64,000 nt of DNA from the human T2T-CHM13v2.0 reference genome, Homo sapiens. Position numbers and translations under genes: made by a program. Positions 60,678 through 64,000 of this stretch are shown here, piece after piece. A model generated the notes under the pieces. That model was not told the DNA's origin. It worked only from the letters and a program-made list of their open reading frames with translations, and did not search any database. The DNA lies in NCBI RefSeq assembly GCF_009914755.1, contig NC_060933.1. One strand, written 5' to 3'. The first letter of the stretch is position 1; every line of letters begins with the position of its first letter.

Positions 60678-63348
60678 CAGGGCCGAGATGAGTCACCCCT
60701 CTCTCCCCTCCTGGCTATTATGATCCACATCGCAGGGGTGTGAGGCACCCCCTCCGATATGAGGACTAATAGCACACTCCTCTCCCTGCCGGCTATTACG
60801 ATCCACATTGCAGGGGCCTGAGGCACCCCCTGCAATAGGGGGAGTAATAGCACCCCCTCTCCCCCCCGGCTATTATGATCCATGGTGGATTCACAGTCTG
60901 TTTACTATATTGTGAGTAACATCATCTCCCCCTCTGGAAATTGTGAACTATTTCACAGACGGGTGTACACCCATCTGTATTGGGAGTAATAACATCCTCT
61001 TCCTCTCTGAATATTAAGAACAGTATCACAGGAGTGTTTCTACTCCCTGCGATATTGGGTGTCATATCCTCCTCTCCCACGTTGAAATTAGAAACAATAT
61101 CACTGAGGGCGTGTACACCTTCTGTGATATTTAAAGCAATATCATCCTCTTCCCTCCAGGATCATGGGAACAATATCCCTGGAGGGTGTACACTTTCTGC
61201 GATGTATGTAGTAATATCATCCCCTCCGCCTTCGAGTATTATTAAGGACCATCTCACACGGCAGTGTACAACCCCTGCGATATTGGGAATACTATTATCC
61301 TCTTTCCCCCCTGCATATTTGGGAAAATAGCAGAGTGAGTGTACACCTCCTGCGATATGGGAATTAATATCCTCTTCTCCCTTTCTGGATATTAGAAACA
61401 ATGTCACACGGGGGTTTACACTTTCTTCGATATCTGGAGTAATGTCATCCTCTCCAGTTTTGAATGGCAAGAACAATATCTCAGGGGGGATGTACACCCC
61501 CTGCCATCTTGGGAGTAATATTTTGCTCTACCCCGCTTAATATTAGGACAAAATCCCAGCGTGGGGGTACACCTGTACTATATGGAAAGTAATACCGTCC
61601 TCTCCCTTCCTGGATTTTAGGGACAATATTACAGGGTGGGTGTACACAGCCGGCAATATTGAAAGTAATATCATCCTCTCCTCCCCCGGATATTAGGAAC
61701 AATATCACAGAAGGGTTGTACACTCTCTGCGATATTGGGAGTAATATCATTTTCGCCTCCTCTGAATACTAGGAGCAATATCCCCGGGCAGATGTACACC
61801 CACTGTTATATTGGGAGTCAGGTCATACTCTATCCCCTGGATATTAAGAGCAATATCACAAAGTGGGTGTACACCCACGGAGATACTGAGAGCAATATCA
61901 TGCTCTCCCACCCTGGATATTAGGAACAATATCACAGGTGGGTGTACATCCCCTGCAGGGCAAAGAATAATATTATCTTCCCTTCCTTTAGCTATTGAGA
62001 ACAATATCACATGCAGGGGGGCTACACCCCCTGCACTATTGTGAGTAATATCGTTCTCTCTTATTCTGGATAGTAGGAAAAATATCACAGGCAGAGTGTA
62101 CAACCTCTGTGATATTGAGAGTAATATCATCCTCTCCCAACGTGGATTTTAGGAACCATATCACAAGAGGCGTGTACACTTCTTCGATATTGGTAGCAAT
62201 ATCATGCTCTCCTCCCTGGATATAAGAAACAATATGACGGGTGGGTGGACACCCCCGCGATATGGGGAGTAATATCCCTACCTGGATATTAGGATCCACG
62301 GTGGACACACAGCGTGATTACGATTTTGTGAGTAATATCATCTCCCCCTGTAGAAATTTCGAACAATATCAAAGACGGGTGTACACCCTCTGCAATATAG
62401 GGAGGAATATGATCCTCTCACCCCACGCCCTTGATATTAGGAACAATATCAAAGGAGCATTTATAAACCCTGCGATGATGGGAGTAATATCATCCTCTCC
62501 CACGTTGAAATTAGGAACAGTATCACTGGGAGCGTGTAGACCCCATGCGATATTGAAAGTAATATCATCCCCTTCCCTACTGGATCATGGGAACAATATC
62601 ACTAGGGGGTGTACAGTTTCTGCTATATTGGGAGTAAAATCGTCTTCTCCGGCTTGGAATATTAAGAACAATTTGACGGGGGTGGAGGGGGGTACAATTT
62701 CTGCAATATTGGAAAAAATATTACCCTCTCTCCCACTGCATATTAGGAAAGCTATCACAGAGTGGGTGTTCACCTCCTGCAATATAGGGAGTGATATCAT
62801 CTTCTCCCCTTCTGAATAGCAGGAACAGTATCACATGGGGGTGTACACTTCCGGCGATATTGGGAGTAATATCAACCTCTCGGCCTCTGAATATTAGGAA
62901 CAATATCACAGGGTGGGTGTACACCTCCTGCTCTATTATGGGGAGAAATATATATCTATTATGGGGAGTAATATCATCCTCTCCCTTTCAGGATATTAAT
63001 AAGAATATCACACGGTGGGTGAACACAGCCTGCGATACTGGAATTATTATCATCCTCTCCCCCTCGGCATACTAGGAACAATATCACAGAAGAGGTGTAC
63101 ACTCCCTGCGATATTGGGAGTAATATCATACGCTTCTTCCGTGAATATTAGGAGCAATATCACCGGGTGGCTGTACATTCATTGCTATGTTGGGAGTCAT
63201 GTCATACTCTACCCCCTGGATATTAGGATCAGTGTCACAGGGTGAGTGGACACCTACTGCGATATTAAAACTAGTAACATGCTCTCCATCCCTGGATATT
63301 GGGAACAATATCACAGGTAGGTTTACACCACCTGCGATATTAGGAGTA
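60678..63348 (+). repeat. SATR1/SATR2-type satellite, left arm; ~75-76-bp diverged monomers
   Basis: Monomer about GGATATTAGGAACAATATCACAGGGGGTGTACACCCCTGCGATATTGGGAGTAATATCATCCTCTCCCCCCT; registers at 61689, 61840, 61916. Confidence 0.88.
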
Positions 63349-63643
63349 ATAATATTATTAATTATTAAACATCACTCTTAATAATAATTATCAATGGTAA
63401 TATTAATTAATAGTATAACGTTATTAATCATTAATTATTATTTTAAATATATGATTATGCATGATTAAAATTAATTATTGCTTTAACGTCATTTTTCAAT
63501 ATTAGTTATTAATCTTAATCTTAATTATTGTTTAATAACCAACATCACTTATGACTGATTTAATTAACGTTAATTACTGACATGATTATTTTATTATTAA
63601 TAGTGATATTGCTATTAATTATTAATTATTAATAATTAATATA
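63349..63643. other. Extremely AT-rich spacer between oppositely oriented satellite arms
   Basis: Dense TAATTA/ATTAAT motifs; perfect 16-bp palindrome TAATTAACGTTAATTA at 63561-63576. Confidence 0.9.
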
Positions 63644-64000
63644 ACTGTTCCCGATCTCCGTGGGGGAGAGGATGTTACTCCCAATATCGCAGAAAGTGTG
63701 CACCCCTCTATGAAGTTACTCCTCATAGCCAGGGCATAGAGGGTGACATTATCGAAAATATCGCCATGAGTTTACATCCGTTCGGTCATCTTCTTCCTAA
63801 TATCCTGGGTGGGAGCGGATGATATGAATCCCAATATCGCAGGGGGCGTAGACTTCCCCCTTGATACTGTCCCTAACATCCAAAGGTGGAGAGGATGATA
63901 TTTCTTCCAATTTCGCAGGGGGTGTACACCACCCCTGTGATATTGATCCTAATATCCAGGGGGCGAGAGGATGATCTTAGTCTCACTATTGCGGGAGGTG
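63644..64000 (-). repeat. SATR-type satellite, right arm in inverted orientation (runs off the window)
   Basis: GGAGAGGATG...ACTCCCAATATCGCAG...GATATTGATCCTAATATCCAGG is the reverse complement of the left-arm monomer. Confidence 0.88.

Noticed and set aside
60641-63381. Numerous 60-190 aa ORFs in the satellite
   Set aside because: They are translations of the tandem monomer on both strands, with no splice or codon evidence.
60678-64000. CRISPR-like array of palindromic repeats
   Set aside because: The sequence between palindromes is itself repeated (no unique spacers), there are no cas genes, and the context is primate.

Overview
AT-rich, CpG-depleted primate genomic DNA, very probably human (it carries a near-consensus AluYa5). 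It is mostly a mosaic of interspersed repeats: L1, L2, MIR, Alu, solo LTRs of HERV-H/LTR7, ERV9/LTR12, MER61, MSTA, THE1 and an LTR9-like family, a HERV-L pol/dUTPase relic and Tigger1. No intact protein-coding gene is demonstrable. Two weak candidate + strand exons exist (31103-31195, 54711-54829) but I cannot name a gene. The most unusual structure is at the right end (60.7-64 kb): a SATR1/SATR2-type array of ~75-bp monomers, each with an internal palindrome. It has a ~1.4-kb higher-order period, begins abruptly inside Tigger1, and flips orientation across a ~300-bp AT-rich core, giving a foldback- or origin-like architecture. Other notable items are two local templated duplications (a 184-bp direct copy pasted into an MLT1 LTR; a tailless inverted copy of a neighbouring Alu), a 25-nt tailless U6 retrocopy with a 14-bp TSD, a probable L1 3' transduction, and a MER61 provirus collapsed by non-homologous deletion. 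Repeat subfamily names come from recalled consensus motifs, not a database search, and boundaries of old repeats are approximate.
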